Below, piece after piece: positions 13,101 to 25,903 of a stretch of 64,000 nucleotides of DNA. The stretch comes from Lingula anatina (lineage: Eukaryota; Animalia; Brachiopoda), in assembly GCA_051362555.1 (NCBI GenBank), contig CM120646.1:7068001-7132000 (forward strand). Reading direction: 5' to 3'. A program made the position numbers and the translations under genes. The stretch's first letter is position 1, and the number at the start of each line of letters is the position of its first letter. The notes under the pieces are model-generated. The model was not told the origin of the DNA and searched no databases. It saw only the letters and a program-made list of their open reading frames with translations.

Positions 13101-13332
13101 CCATGCATACTTTTGCACTTGTATTTTAACTTTGTAAAATAATGTATGCAGCCAGGTCTTGGTATCAGCAAAGTATCAGCCTGTTCTAGTACCAGTGATG
13201 GAGATTATTTTAAATAAGGAATCACTTGTCTGTATATCTGTAATGTCTTTTTTGTCCATAGAATTTATGTGTACTATGTGCTTCACACACGTAGGCCGTT
13301 GTGTCACACTTTTGTGAGAATCGTTGCACAAA

Positions 13333-13374
<42 letters not shown>
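13333..13374. repeat. (ATT)n microsatellite
   Basis: Directly visible. Confidence 0.95.
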
Positions 13375-13375
<1 letters not shown>

Positions 13376-14929
13376 GTCTTAAATCCATATAAAATGTTCA
13401 GTAGACTTTACAGGGGTAACGTTAACAGAGTAAAAGTAAGATCAGAGCTAATGGTCACGCGCACGATGGTCACATCTTGGGTCATCTCAAATCTTGACCA
13501 ATTAGTCTCCATTTAAAGAAGGCCAAATTACATAAATTATATCTTAGTAACATGCTGGTGAATGTGCTGCGAATACTCTGTTTATGATTCACGACACACC
13601 ACTCTGTCAGAAAAAGAAAAACATAAGATCCTTCTGCGGTATTCTACTTGTACATGTAACAGACGATCAAACATATGAAGCTTAATCAATAAATCTGTCT
13701 GAAAATACCCCCAAAGGATGAAATTAATTCACACGCCGATGCAGTGAAGGGTATCTACTCAGCTGGAATACCAATGACATCGTTAACAAATGTAAGAAAT
13801 CAGTTTTCTGTAAAGGCGCCTTAGTGGGAATTGCCAGAACAATGTAAAAGCAAAAAAAATATCTATTATCTAATGGATTTACATGCATGTAGTTTCAGCC
13901 AGTTCGGCATACGATTACTTTGTAATACAAATCAAACCCAAGCAATCTGATTCTTTAGGGAAATCCCACTCAACCCCCCACAGTAACTATCTACAAATAA
14001 AGTCACATAATTTTTGCCTGAGCATCTCCAAAATGGACGTGGATTGATTCTGTTAATGCGTGTTTACTTGTAGAGTTATTTCGTGTTTACACTTAGTCTT
14101 GAGATGAAGTAAGTTATGTTTGATACTGTAAAATGTAGGGCAAACACTTTAAAAAACCTAATGATACAGTTATCACCAATGGTGAATAATAAGTGTATAT
14201 TGCTGGCCTGATATTCACATCTCTCGCTGCTCGACCGTCTGTCAGAAGGCAAACACTGTTAGATAAATGTACAAAAGGACGGGGAACTCAGCGAAGCACT
14301 CGAATTTAAAAAAAATCATGTGGATTAACCGACGACACATCCTCAGTTTCACAGGGAAAAATGACAGAAGCTAGTTGATAACAGAGGCAACTTTCCAGCT
14401 ATCTCTAAAACTAGGGGTATATAATTCACGTCTCCCAGGGTGTCTCTCCTACCCCCTATTGACATCGCATTTATTTTCAAGAGAAACCTTGCTGTGCTTC
14501 ATGAAAGTCTGGGAAGAGCACTCGAGGTCTCTCTTCAACCGTCTCCAGATCAGGAAAGATACAATCACTCATTTTTCCCTTTTCATACCATTGTTGCCTG
14601 ATATTTTCAGAAATTGAGCAATGAAATAAAAAAAATGATATTTATTTTCTACTTTATGTTCATAGACTGTTTTACTTTTTGTGCAGCGGTGACGTACGCA
14701 AATCCACGTAATTCTAATGCTATTCTTACGTACACAAATGTATATATGAAAGTAACTGGACGCCTATTTTGTGCGTTAGGACCACTGAAGTTGAATTTAT
14801 AAGGTTGTCTTAAACTTCCTTCGCTCATGTCAAGATACCTCTCCAATGATGACTCGTTTATGTATACTATACTAACTCTCGCGTTATAAAAAAGAACATC
14901 AAAATGAACGTCCACTAAAGTAGCCTTAC

Positions 14930-15063
14930 CTTTTACAATAAGCCAGCGGACAGCTTACTGCGGTGTCATTAGACCTCGTGACTGACGGTCCACACAACGT
15001 CACGTTCCAAAGTTGAAAATCTCGGCGACAACCAAATCTCTCCGTGCCACTGCTGTTTATATA
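14930..15063 (-). promoter_or_regulatory. Candidate TATA promoter plus non-coding first exon (possibly of the G-alpha gene)
   Basis: Minus-strand TATATAAA at 15063-15056, then ~100 nt of higher-GC sequence, then a strong donor AAG|GTAAGG at 14930/14929. It contains only a 4-codon uORF (14969-14955). Confidence 0.5.
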
Positions 15064-17238
15064 GCGTAATCTTCTTATTGATATAGCCTATAAATGTAAA
15101 TGTATATAAATCAGCCGTTACCTGTGCTATATACTTCCTTGTGTAAGCATTGAGCAGTGTTTAGTGTAAGTTTAATTTTTCATCAGCTTTTACGTCCGTG
15201 CTATTTTCGGTCTTATATAACAGATTTTCTCTCGCTAAATCTTTCTCTTCTCAGTGTAATCTTGTTGTCGATAGAGAACTGGAACATCCACCACAAAAAA
15301 TCCTTCCCTTAGAACAACCACAACATTCATACATGTATATTCAATATCTTTTGCTTTTAACCTTTATTTGGACAAAGCTGTTGTTCTTTTTAATTTGTTT
15401 CTCCCAATTTTCAAATCGATATCCTTATAAATAAATAATGAAAATATTGTTACAAAATCATCACAATTATCTTTTACTATATTGTTCTGCATTAAATTAT
15501 CTAGCCTATTGCATGATAGGTAAATTGAGGTTGCAAAGTCCTGGAAGGCAAATCATGAGACGAATTTCCCTATGGATTTCAAAACAGTCAGCTGTCCCAG
15601 AGGGCGACTATTCCCCCGATTTCCAATATCGGTGCTTTTTCCAACTGTTTACCGGATAGCAGTAGATTTTCTATATAACACGTTATTGCATCAATCAGAC
15701 TACAAAGTCTATTCTCGAGTTTCAAAGCAGTATCTCAAATCCGCGCAATGATTGCGCCTCAGTTATGTCATATGCAGACAACCATACACAATACTGAGAA
15801 AATACAATTGTGCCCACGCTGCATCGACTAAACTCCTTAGACTCGATCAACGGCAGATTCAACTAATGCCAAAATTATATCTCCTTCTTTAAAGATTCTG
15901 AGGATGCCGCTCTTCACGTTAAGATTATGTCGTCTGAAATTCTGTAATTTTAAATGTAATCATCCGGCGGCCGTTGTAACTGAGTTACATGTTTTTACTA
16001 TGTACAATGAATGAATTCTTATCCTGCCTTTATGACATCTCTATCCCGTCAAAGTCGTGCCCTTTCACTGTACAAGTATGTGTCTTTTCCAGGTCGGTAG
16101 CTTTCTGTCTTTATATAGGTATTCGCCACCAAATCCATTTGAATCCAGCGCTAATCTAGCAAATGTAAGGCCACCGTTATCGTAAATTAATGCTCTGAGA
16201 AAGGGACAACGTGACGCTAAATACAGCGCGCGAGAACCCCCCCCCCCCTCGATTTGCACCGCAGTGATATCAGTATCTTAGATCCGCTCGGGTCAGCGAC
16301 AATTCCCGTAAAGGCACCGTAGGGCCTGTTTCAGCTTTATAGACTTATACACTGTTTTCTTTCTTCCGTCAGCTTACCACTAGGACTGAAGTAACTTACC
16401 TTCATTAAAAAACAGGTACAAAACACTGAACGCAAGTCACATGCAGAAAAGATATATCTTCGTCCTCTTCTGTATAAACAAAGAGTGTTACAAGTGATCC
16501 TCTTGACTTGGAAGGAAAAGCGGCTAATTTCCACAGCTAATTGCAGACGCCCTCCCGGCTGACTACAAATACAGACACTATCATCGCGCGTCGTTATGAA
16601 CGAGCTGTCATTAAATATCAATAAAGATACGAGGTCATAATTTCTGTACGAGGAAATGTACGTGTTGTACGCATAAAATCCAGTGCTCGTTTTAAATCAA
16701 GTTGGCTGTCCGATAAGCTGATCATGACGGACCTCAAAGACAGAGTCAATCCGAATATCGCTTTCCAGTCAAATATTAAGATGGAAATACCTGATAGGTG
16801 GTTCGTCACTTCAGAAAGATTCCTCCGGCTCTCACCCCTCCAGCCTTATTTACCTGTAAAAAGTGTCAAGTGTGATGTTATGTGAAATGCGGCATGAGAT
16901 TAGATTCGTTCATTATTTTACTGTGCCACTCGTTGTTGATGTATACTGTATAGACAACTGCCGAGTTGAAGCAAAAGACAAATGATGTCAATGCACACTT
17001 TCTTTTTCCAGTTTTTCTGTAAAGATGGTTCGCTATTTACTTCCTTGTGTAAGCATCAGTGTTTAGTGTAAGTTTAATTTTTCATCAGCTTTTACGATAG
17101 CGATATGCGATCTTGCGTTCTATAAATAAATTTTAGGGTTTTTGGATTGCGTGATGTAAATACTTCAGTATATAAACGAACACTACACAACTCCGTGTCA
17201 TTTTTACGCACCTGTATTCAGAATATTACTGTCAAAGT

Positions 17239-17269
<31 letters not shown>

Positions 17270-18763
17270 TCGTTTGTGTGTGTGTGTGTGTGTGTGCGTG
17301 AGTTTGTCTGTCTGTGTGTGTGTGCGTGTGTGTGTGTTAAGGGGGTGGTGTTGGGGGGGGGGGGAAGAGGCACGGCTGGAACAGAAATACCACAAAGTTT
17401 TGTAATTTTAGGATAGTTGAAGATATGAATATAGTTATAAAAAGTTTATAAAATGTGAGAGTAGGCCGAAACCCCCGGTTTTCCCGTATATTAGACTATC
17501 ATGTGGATTCCCAGGAGGGGGGCTTGATGTGCATTTGTGCGCCATTGCCGTTCTTGTTACATTTCGGGTGTGGTTCGGGGTGATTCTCCCTTGGCTAGAT
17601 CTTGATGCTACATCAGTTTATCTCTGCGCCGATAGATGCCTCTGCAGGTCGCTAGCTGAGAGGTAAAGCTGTAGGTAAATAGATTTAGATAAACGGTTTT
17701 GATAACAAGTAACAGATGGCCAAAATGCTAATAAAGTGCTGACATGTGCGGAATTTCGATGTGTTTTGACCCAAAACATATTACCAGATATATTGCCCGT
17801 CCCTGTAAGTCATACACATGCACAAACACACACGCATGCCCCCCCCCCCCCCCCCCCCAAAAAAAAAAAAGAAAAAAAAAATTCAAGCGCTCGCGTTCTC
17901 TTTATCATCCAAACGCTGTAGGCCATTCACATGAGGCTGTTTCACAAGTCCCGTCCCCTACAGCGTGTCACCTATACGAGGACCACTTAAAACTCTAGTG
18001 TTTGATGATCAGTCTCGAATTGTATAGGTGTCTGTGTTTGAACGAGCTAGTGTAACCACTGAAGTATGTGACTCTGCATAATTCTTCACGATTCTGCCAC
18101 CGTTACGTGGTTCAATATGTCATAAGTGATATTATTTTTAGTAAAAGGGTTTGTGCATTATTTACAAATAGGCACTATCAGTTTGATTCCATAAACACAC
18201 TAATGACGCATTTATTGAATGAGGGTCATTTATTTCTATTGATAAGGCAATCAAACATTTAGGATTAGGGTCAAGTAATGATATCGGTCACCTGGTGATA
18301 CCCTGAATTCTGGCGGTGTTTTCATCGTGGCACCCCGTGCCTGCTACATGGAATGGGCCCTTCGATATTATCTGACTCCCAGGGTACGTGCATCATGCAG
18401 TGCAATGAGTTTGGACCTGCTAAGTTTAATCTTTTTGAAATTACACTCACTAGTGTAGCCTACTTTAGAGAAAGTCACTTGTCGTTACTATAGTAAAACG
18501 TGCATCTTTTCACCTGATATCTAATGGTTTTCTTTCAATTGTCCTTGTTGTAAGTACACCTAGTTTCTTTTTATTATTTCGAGTATTATTTTGGTCTTTA
18601 TCAGCTCTAGCACGAAGTTTGCAGAGGCTGTGACCCAACTCCAAGCAGATGCTTTATTTACAGAGTAATGCTGATCGATATGTAGGTCAGTTAATGAACT
18701 GGATTCCTATACATTTATGGTTGTGTGATTTTTGTGGTCAAATATTCTACCGCTTAACATGAT

Positions 18764-18819
18764 CCCAGCAAACACAGAACCTTATGGTGATGTTCTAATA
18801 AGGTGTTGTGTTTGCTGGA
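18764..18819. mobile_element. Tiny TIR element (CCCAGCAAACAC...GTGTTTGCTGG), EnSpm/CACTA-like MITE remnant
   Basis: Inverted 11-12-bp termini around a ~35-bp core. Confidence 0.5.
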
Positions 18820-19954
18820 CTTCTGCAGTTAGCGTTATTTGTACACGTTTTTATGACTGAGTTTGAAATAGTTCTAGTTAAAAGCTTTGAATCACACCAC
18901 GATATTCAATCATGTAGTTGAAGTTAACTAAATATGGCATTCATGATATACAGAAAAATGCAAATTGCTCATGTTGCGTCTAAAACTTACTATTTTCAAA
19001 GTCATACATTTATCAGCTGCAACGTAGGGAGTAACAGGAGGCATGACTGTAATGCGACAGTTGTACTACTGGCACAGCTACCGCATTCCACCAAATCGAA
19101 AGCAAGGGGATCTCCATTTTCGCAGAATTGAATATATATATTAATTAGTCATAGACAAACTATTAAGTATAATAAGCAAAAATTGCTCTTACAGTCACAT
19201 TAAGGTCTATGAACATTTCAAGTAGCTCAATTTTCATCATATAATTATTTTAGAACCTGGGAAAATTTCTCGATTCATTCCTATTTTATCAGGGTCAAGG
19301 CGACACAATTTGTTCGTCTACAATGAAAGTGAAACTTGCTGAGTAACCCACTGTGGGCATCAAGTGTGTTGTATGTCCGAAAATACGTATAGCTGACCAA
19401 CGTATATATATGAGGACACCTTTTCGAGACTACAAGTGGCAATGGAAATACAACCGAATGAGCAAAGCTTTGGGTGACGTGGAAGGATCTTCCCAGCATA
19501 TTGTGAGTGTTACAAGTTAGAAATCATATGTGTCATGTGTTGCAAAATGGTCAAGTCTTCCGGTTTCAGACCAATGATGTGTATATATTGCAGTTTAAGA
19601 ATATCTTATGACTTAGGTACATCATATGTTGTTCAAAGAACGATTTCTAATATCTTTGGTACAAGTGTATGTCTTCACAAGCTTTGGTAAAAGCACTTTT
19701 TGAAACATTTGTTTTATCAACATATTAAATTGAATTTTTATAACAATTGTTTGACTACAGTTCTAGTGCTCCAACATTTAAAATCATCCCTTGCTTCCCC
19801 CCCCCCCCCGCCCGTTTTTTTTCATTTTTTTCATGTGACAAAACACAACATCAGTAAATTCACGTTAGAAATATTTATTGAAATATCCAAAGCATTTTAC
19901 ATTTATTTTCATTTGCTTGTTACTTTTCTTTTTAAAAGAAAACAATGCCTTAAG

Positions 19955-20153
19955 CAAAGGCGGATTCGTGGTTTTGCTAAGGAGCACTAAGATAAAAATT
20001 ACTCCCAAAATAGCAAACAATGACAATCACAGGGTGCATAATAAATGGTTTACCTATATCACTTATTTCACCATTGTTGTTTGTGAAAGGGTTGGAAGAG
20101 AAGGGAGTACCTCCTAAGCTAAGGTGGGTACGTGCCCCTTGAATCCGCCTTTG
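19955..20153. mobile_element. hAT-like MITE (CAAAGGCGGATTC...GAATCCGCCTTTG)
   Basis: Perfect 13-bp TIR; flanks ttaag / taaag. Confidence 0.7.
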
Positions 20154-21090
20154 TAAAGAGCATGTTTTTATAAGCAGTCGATGTGATCGGTCAGGGACTG
20201 TCTAGCGAACATGTTTGCTGTAACACAGAAAGCTCGTGGCATGAAATCAACTACTGGTGCACTGTAACATATTGTAAATAAGTGCTGTTAAATCTGATTC
20301 AATACGCCTACATTATTTCTCAAAGACGCTCACAGCAAAAGGCTATAGGGGTAAAATGCTTAAAATATGTACACACTATTTTTGATCAGCCAACATTAGT
20401 AATGGTCAAAATGCGGTATTGTCATTGTTCAACTGGTAGCCCACGTTTTGCCAGCATTCACTATCGGTTGTCCCACGTAAAGGCCTACTTCGGTTCTCTC
20501 TTGACAAGCTTGTTATCTGATTCCCATTTGGTCTATTTGCTATGTATCGTTGTCTAATGGTATGTTCCTTAAAAGAACCCATAAATGGACACGGTACATT
20601 ATACATTCTATAGCTAAAATTAAAAGTTCCTGGAAATTTCAGCATTTTCAAAAAGTTCCATATTCAAAACCACTGCACAAATACCAAAAAGGTTACAAAA
20701 AAAGTAATCGAAACTAGTTAGAGCATCGTGAATTTTTCAATAGTTGTGGATCCAGTATACATCGGGGCTACAGTAACAATTTCTAACATTTCAAGCAATA
20801 TACATTTTTTGTCATATAAAGGGCTTACGGTAATAGAATAGCGTATTTTAATAGGTATATATTCTCCATAGACATGTAAAACGCTTTGTTTGGTATCAAG
20901 CCAGCCGTACACCAATGTCGACATGTGGTACACTGAAATTCCTTTAACATATACTATTACTGTTTCTATATTGTAACATTAAATTGTATTGAACTATTTT
21001 TAATGTAAATGTGGCAGTCGTTATGAGTAATTTTGAAACTCAAGCTTTGGACACCAGATTTAACCTCATACGATGCTTAATAACAATATA

Positions 21091-21430
21091 CAACATTGGT
21101 CAAAAAGGTTGTCCCACCCCCAATTCCATGTGCTTTTATCTTCAAATAGTCACCTCACAGGGGTAACTTGTTATAAACAGTGCTTATATTCCACATCTAA
21201 TATGATAAATGGTTCAGAAAATAGAAATAGTGGTGACAATATCCATAATGTATAATGGTAAAAAATATGGATATCGTCACCGCTATTTCGTGTTTTCTGA
21301 AATAATAATCATGTTAGATATGGTTTCTGGAATAAAAGCACTGTTTATAACAATTTACACCTGTGGGGTGACCATTTGTAGATAAAAGCATATGGAATTG
21401 GAGGTGGAACAACCTTTTTGACCAATATTG
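21091..21430. mobile_element. Tc1/mariner-type MITE, fully palindromic, same family as 22535-24130
   Basis: TA|CAACATTGGTCAAAAAGGTTGT...ACAACCTTTTTGACCAATATTG|TG; arms of about 165 bp. Confidence 0.85.
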
Positions 21431-21676
21431 TGCTGTTTACAGTAGTGCATGCTAGACACTTATAGTGAACACCACAGCCAAAATGCAACTTAACTCAAGT
21501 TGATAAAAAAGTAAATCAATTGTTAAGGTACCCAATCTGTTTCCACCCTCAGTAGCCTATACGTTGTCTCTCAATATAGTTTTAAACCATTTCCTTTTTT
21601 GCGAGTGTAATTTGTTTATAGATTTTGATAGAATGATGATAATTTAAGAATTATCCGAGGTCGTTAACCACACTAA

Positions 21677-22199
21677 GGCACCGTTCACATGAAAAATCCA
21701 AATTCTAAAAATCCAAAAATCCATTGGCGGTATCTAGTGATCACGGTCTGTGTCCTGAATACCTCGCGGCGTAATTAATTAGCAGCGCGAGCGAGTTACT
21801 TCCAAAGCTGTAATTGAATCTCGTTTGCGCTCGGAGGAGATTCTGACACTTGGACGCATGCGCAGTAATAAGTTAGAGAGAAAGAAAATGGCGGTTGCTT
21901 TCAAAAATGTGTTTGTCGATTTTGTGCAACAACAAGACAAAGACGATGAGGTCCACATACACACTACAGCTGTGAGTGCAACCGTCATGATCTGATGGCA
22001 AGAGATACCACTGCGCATGCGTCCAGGTATAAGAATCTTCTCCGAGCGAAGCCGAGAATTAATTACACCTTTGGAAGTAACTCGTTCGCACTGCTAGTTA
22101 ATTACGCCGCGGGGTATTCAGGGCACAGAGCGTAATCACTAGATACCGCCAATGGATTTTTGGATTTTTGGAATTTGGATTTTTCATGTGAACGGTGCC
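21677..22199. mobile_element. PIF/Harbinger-like non-autonomous element
   Basis: TAA|GGCACCGTTCACATGAAAAATCC...GGATTTTTCATGTGAACGGTGCC|TAA; arms of about 185 bp and a unique ~150-bp core. Confidence 0.9.
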
Positions 22200-22534
22200 T
22201 AAATGTGCCAAATTTACGTGAGTCGTCGGTACAAAGCAACCTTTAGGAAGGTCTATATTGCCTGTAATAAGGCTGGCCAACTGACAGGGAAAAAGTTCAA
22301 GCCTGACACTTCAAATTAAGGGATTTTGGCAAGGAATATGGAGTTAACGAACCCAAAAGTAATTGTTTTGTGATATTTGGAGTTCATAACACTCACAGTA
22401 TTTTACACTCGAAAGAGTGGGATAGCACGTTCATTTCTAGATGTATTTGCGGTCAGACCTTACGGACTACAAGGTTTTTACTCGCTATCAAAGTTCTTGG
22501 CCCCCTTGTTGACTTGATCACATGGTTGGTTATA

Positions 22535-24130
22535 CAACATTGGTAAAAAAGGTTGTCCCAGCCCCAATTCCATGTGCTTCTATTTAAAAATGACCACCTT
22601 ACAGGTGTAAATTACCATAAATAATGTTTATCATTCCAGATACCATATCTTACCTGATGAATCGTTCAGAAAATACACAATGGTGGTGAAAATATCTATA
22701 TTTTATAACATTAATTCATATTTAGAGTATGCACCCCCTCAAATCAGGTGTTTCACTGTGACTTTCACAAGGGTAATGAAATGTCTGTTAAATTAAAAAG
22801 ACACCGCCAAATATCACCAAATTTACACAAAACCGCGTACTGCAATTATCTCCTGTAGGCGGCGCGACAAGCCTTCATCAAGGGTAAAGATCCTGTTTTG
22901 TGGGATATTGTCCCATTCCTCTAAAAGAACTTGATGTTGATCCAGATTATTTGAGGATTGATTCTCCTCTGCATTGCACAATCCAATTCATGCCACATGT
23001 GCTCAGTAGGAAGAATATCAGGGCTCAAAGATGGTTGTTCCACCCTCAGAACATTGTGTTTCTGCAACAAATCACTTGCCAGACGAGAGCTATGAGCAAG
23101 TGCGTTGTCACAATGAGGCCAGTAGCATCCCAGATGTCACCTCTTCAAATGGAATGAGATACCCGTAGAGAGTGTTCAGTTAAATGCCTCAATACCGTTC
23201 TGTTCCAGAAGGAACAATGTAATAATACCATAGGCATGGAATGCTCTCCAAACTCGAACTAATTAAATCAGACACCTTAGGCGATAATACACTACACACA
23301 CCCTTATTAGAAGCCCTCTGCAACATGTCTTCAGACCCTCATTTGACCATCAGTGGAACACAAGAAATGCCTTGATTCTTCAGCAAAACTAGCTTCCTTC
23401 CAGTGGTGGTTGACCAAGTTCCGGTACCTCTGGGGTCACTGTACGTGATATTCTCAGCCGATATTTCACTCCATCTGCTGGAGCTAACTTGGGGGTTAAC
23501 TCCAGGATTCATCATGACAGCGCACTTGCACACAGCTCTCCTCTGGCAAGTGGTTTGTTGCAGAACACAATGTTCTGAGGATGGGGCAACCATCTTTGAG
23601 CCCTGATATTAACCCCACTGAGCACCTGTTGCATGACATTGGAGTGCACAATGCAGAGGAGAACCGATCGCCAAATAATCTGGACCAACATCGCCAAGTT
23701 CTTTATGAAGAATGGGACAATAAGCCACAAAACAGAATTGTCACCCTTGGTGAAGGCTTGTCGCGCCGCCTACAGGAGATAATTGCAGCACGTGGTAGAC
23801 ACACACGCTATTAGACACGTGACATTTAACGAGCACTTGCTAATTTTGGTGATATTTGGCGGTGCCTTTTTAATTTAACAGGCGTTTATTTGCCTCCGTG
23901 GAAATCACAGTGAAACACCGGATTTGAGGGGGTGAATACTCTAAATATGAATTAATGTTATAAAATATAGATATTTTCGCCACTTTTGTGTATTTTCTGA
24001 ATGATTATTCGTGTACGTTATGGTATCTGGAATAAAGAACATTGTTTAGAACAGTTTCCATCAGTGAATGATCATTTGTACATAAAAGCACATGGAATTG
24101 GGAGTTGGACAACCTTTTTGACCAATGTTG
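22535..24130. mobile_element. Foldback Tc1-family element with decayed transposase 3' ends in both arms
   Basis: TA TSDs and inverted arms of about 630-680 bp. The right arm encodes SPDINPTEHL...LYEEWDNKPQNRIVTLGEGLSRRLQEIIAARGRHTRY (Tc1 C-terminus); the left arm carries its reverse complement. Confidence 0.9.
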
Positions 24131-25199
24131 TAGAAACGATTTACTTTTTTACCATTCCTACATCTAAAATACCATATATTTAATATTTTTCAGCGTTGGC
24201 TTGTTATAATTGTTACTTAGTATATCTCTCCGATAGGTAAATGCATTTCCGTTTAACCTTTGGCTGAAATGTGCATTATTCCCATCGTTGACATAATCAA
24301 AAATACCAAGACAACAACAAAAAAATATTTAAAGCATTGCAGCAGATATCACTGCATTGGTAAACAATGCCCATAGGTAAAGGTACTCCGCGTTCTTTTT
24401 TTTTACCATAATCCAGTATACAAGTTCACTAGTACATCAACAGTCGAGATTGTCCATTCAAATAAACCATATTTCAATACCAAACAATGACTACATTTCT
24501 GAATGATGTTCAATAAAATTAACTAAAAGTTTTGAAAAAAAATCCTTGCACCCAGGTACACATGTATAAGACAACATGTGAGTTGAAGATGAGAGTTTGA
24601 CAAAATGAACTTCGTCTTTAATCCTCATTCTGATACAAGGACGTGGAAGTCATGAAATGCACGTCATGCATTTTACGTCTTCCGAGAACATTACCACCAT
24701 TAAAATGTCTTAAAAATAAAGTGCAGTTTGGTAAGATTTCTCAATAAAAATTTTATATTATTTTATGTGAGTGCTAGAAAAACTTATTTGCCTGCTCTAC
24801 TGTTGAAATAAGTAAGATTACATCAATTATATATGATAATGTCATATTGCCATTGTTAATTAAAGCTATTTACAAAACCTAGTTAGACCAGACAAAATTG
24901 TATCAAAAATCAAATTCTTTTGCACATATTAATCTCACAAATGGTTTAGTAAAAGGGGCTTACAATTAACTCCACAAAAATCTCAATGTTGTTTTTATGT
25001 TCAAAACTGTCTACACTGCGAATCTGAAGTTTCCTCTAAAAAGAAAAAAGTCCATATGCTATAACAATACAAATGTAAATTCGTCTACCGTCCATCATTT
25101 TTCTCTGATCTTCACAGGCAATCTGGTGAAGGTGTATGTTTGCCACCAGGTATTGATCTAGTTATGTACTTAACATACTTTCCGAAACGTTATTAAAAT

Positions 25200-25303
25200 T
25201 CATACTTGGGTCTGCAGGGGAATAGCGGCGTCACCCAGTTCCTCGTCTGACACCTCAGTGGGAAAACTGGTTCTGCGGAAGTATTCACAGAGAAGTTTTA
25301 TTT
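25200..25303 (-). CDS. TNFR-like receptor exon 5 (cytoplasmic tail, stop)
   Basis: tttgctttcag|, in phase: (Q)IKLLCEYFRRTSFPTEVSDEELGDAAIPLQTQV*. CAA|GTATGA could instead be a donor to a further exon. Confidence 0.75.
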
Positions 25304-25553
25304 CTGAAAGCAAAAAGTGTTTCTTGTATTCGACAATACGTAAAACGCCTCACCGGTACCGATCAAATCTTTTCCATCATATCTCGGAATGGCATGTAAA
25401 TTATGTTACGCTAAAATACACGATACACATAAAAATATAGAGAGTGAAAATCTGTCCTCTCGAATGAAACATTTAATATAGATTTTTGGTAAAGTTTCAC
25501 ACATGACAAACATGTTTATGTCATTGCCTACCCTGTAGTTGGTGATGTCACTT

Positions 25554-25703
25554 CAGGGCCGTAGCCTGAGCAAAATGCCAGGGGGGGGGCAGTAAGCGGA
25601 CACGAGGGGGCGAAGCTACCGAGGGGGGAGGGTGTGGTGTGTAAAATTCCAAATTCCAGGGGGGGCAGCTGCCCCCCCTGCCCCCCCGGAGGCTACGGCC
25701 CTG
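25554..25703. mobile_element. hAT-like MITE with 5-bp TSD
   Basis: CACTT|CAGGGCCGTAGCCT...AGGCTACGGCCCTG|CACTT; perfect TIR and TSD. Confidence 0.9.
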
Positions 25704-25714
25704 CACTTACTTAC

Positions 25715-25903
25715 GTTTTCGTTTTGTGATGATCAACACGCCTATTAGTAGCACTGTTACACCAGCGCCTAAACCGAGTGCTATATATCCGACGAGGCCG
25801 TCCCAATTTTGAGGAGACACGGGTGAAGAGAGGGCGACTCTTCCTGTCGTAGTTACGTTCAAGTGTGTAGAGAGGGCAACTGTTTCTGTTGTAGTTACGT
25901 CCA
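25715..25903 (-). CDS. TNFR-like receptor exon 4 (Thr-rich stalk and transmembrane helix)
   Basis: cattttag|...|gtaagt, 189 nt: VDVTTTETVALS...GLVGYIALGLGAGVTVLLIGVLIITKRK; hydrophobic TM segment followed by a basic stop-transfer signal. Confidence 0.88.
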
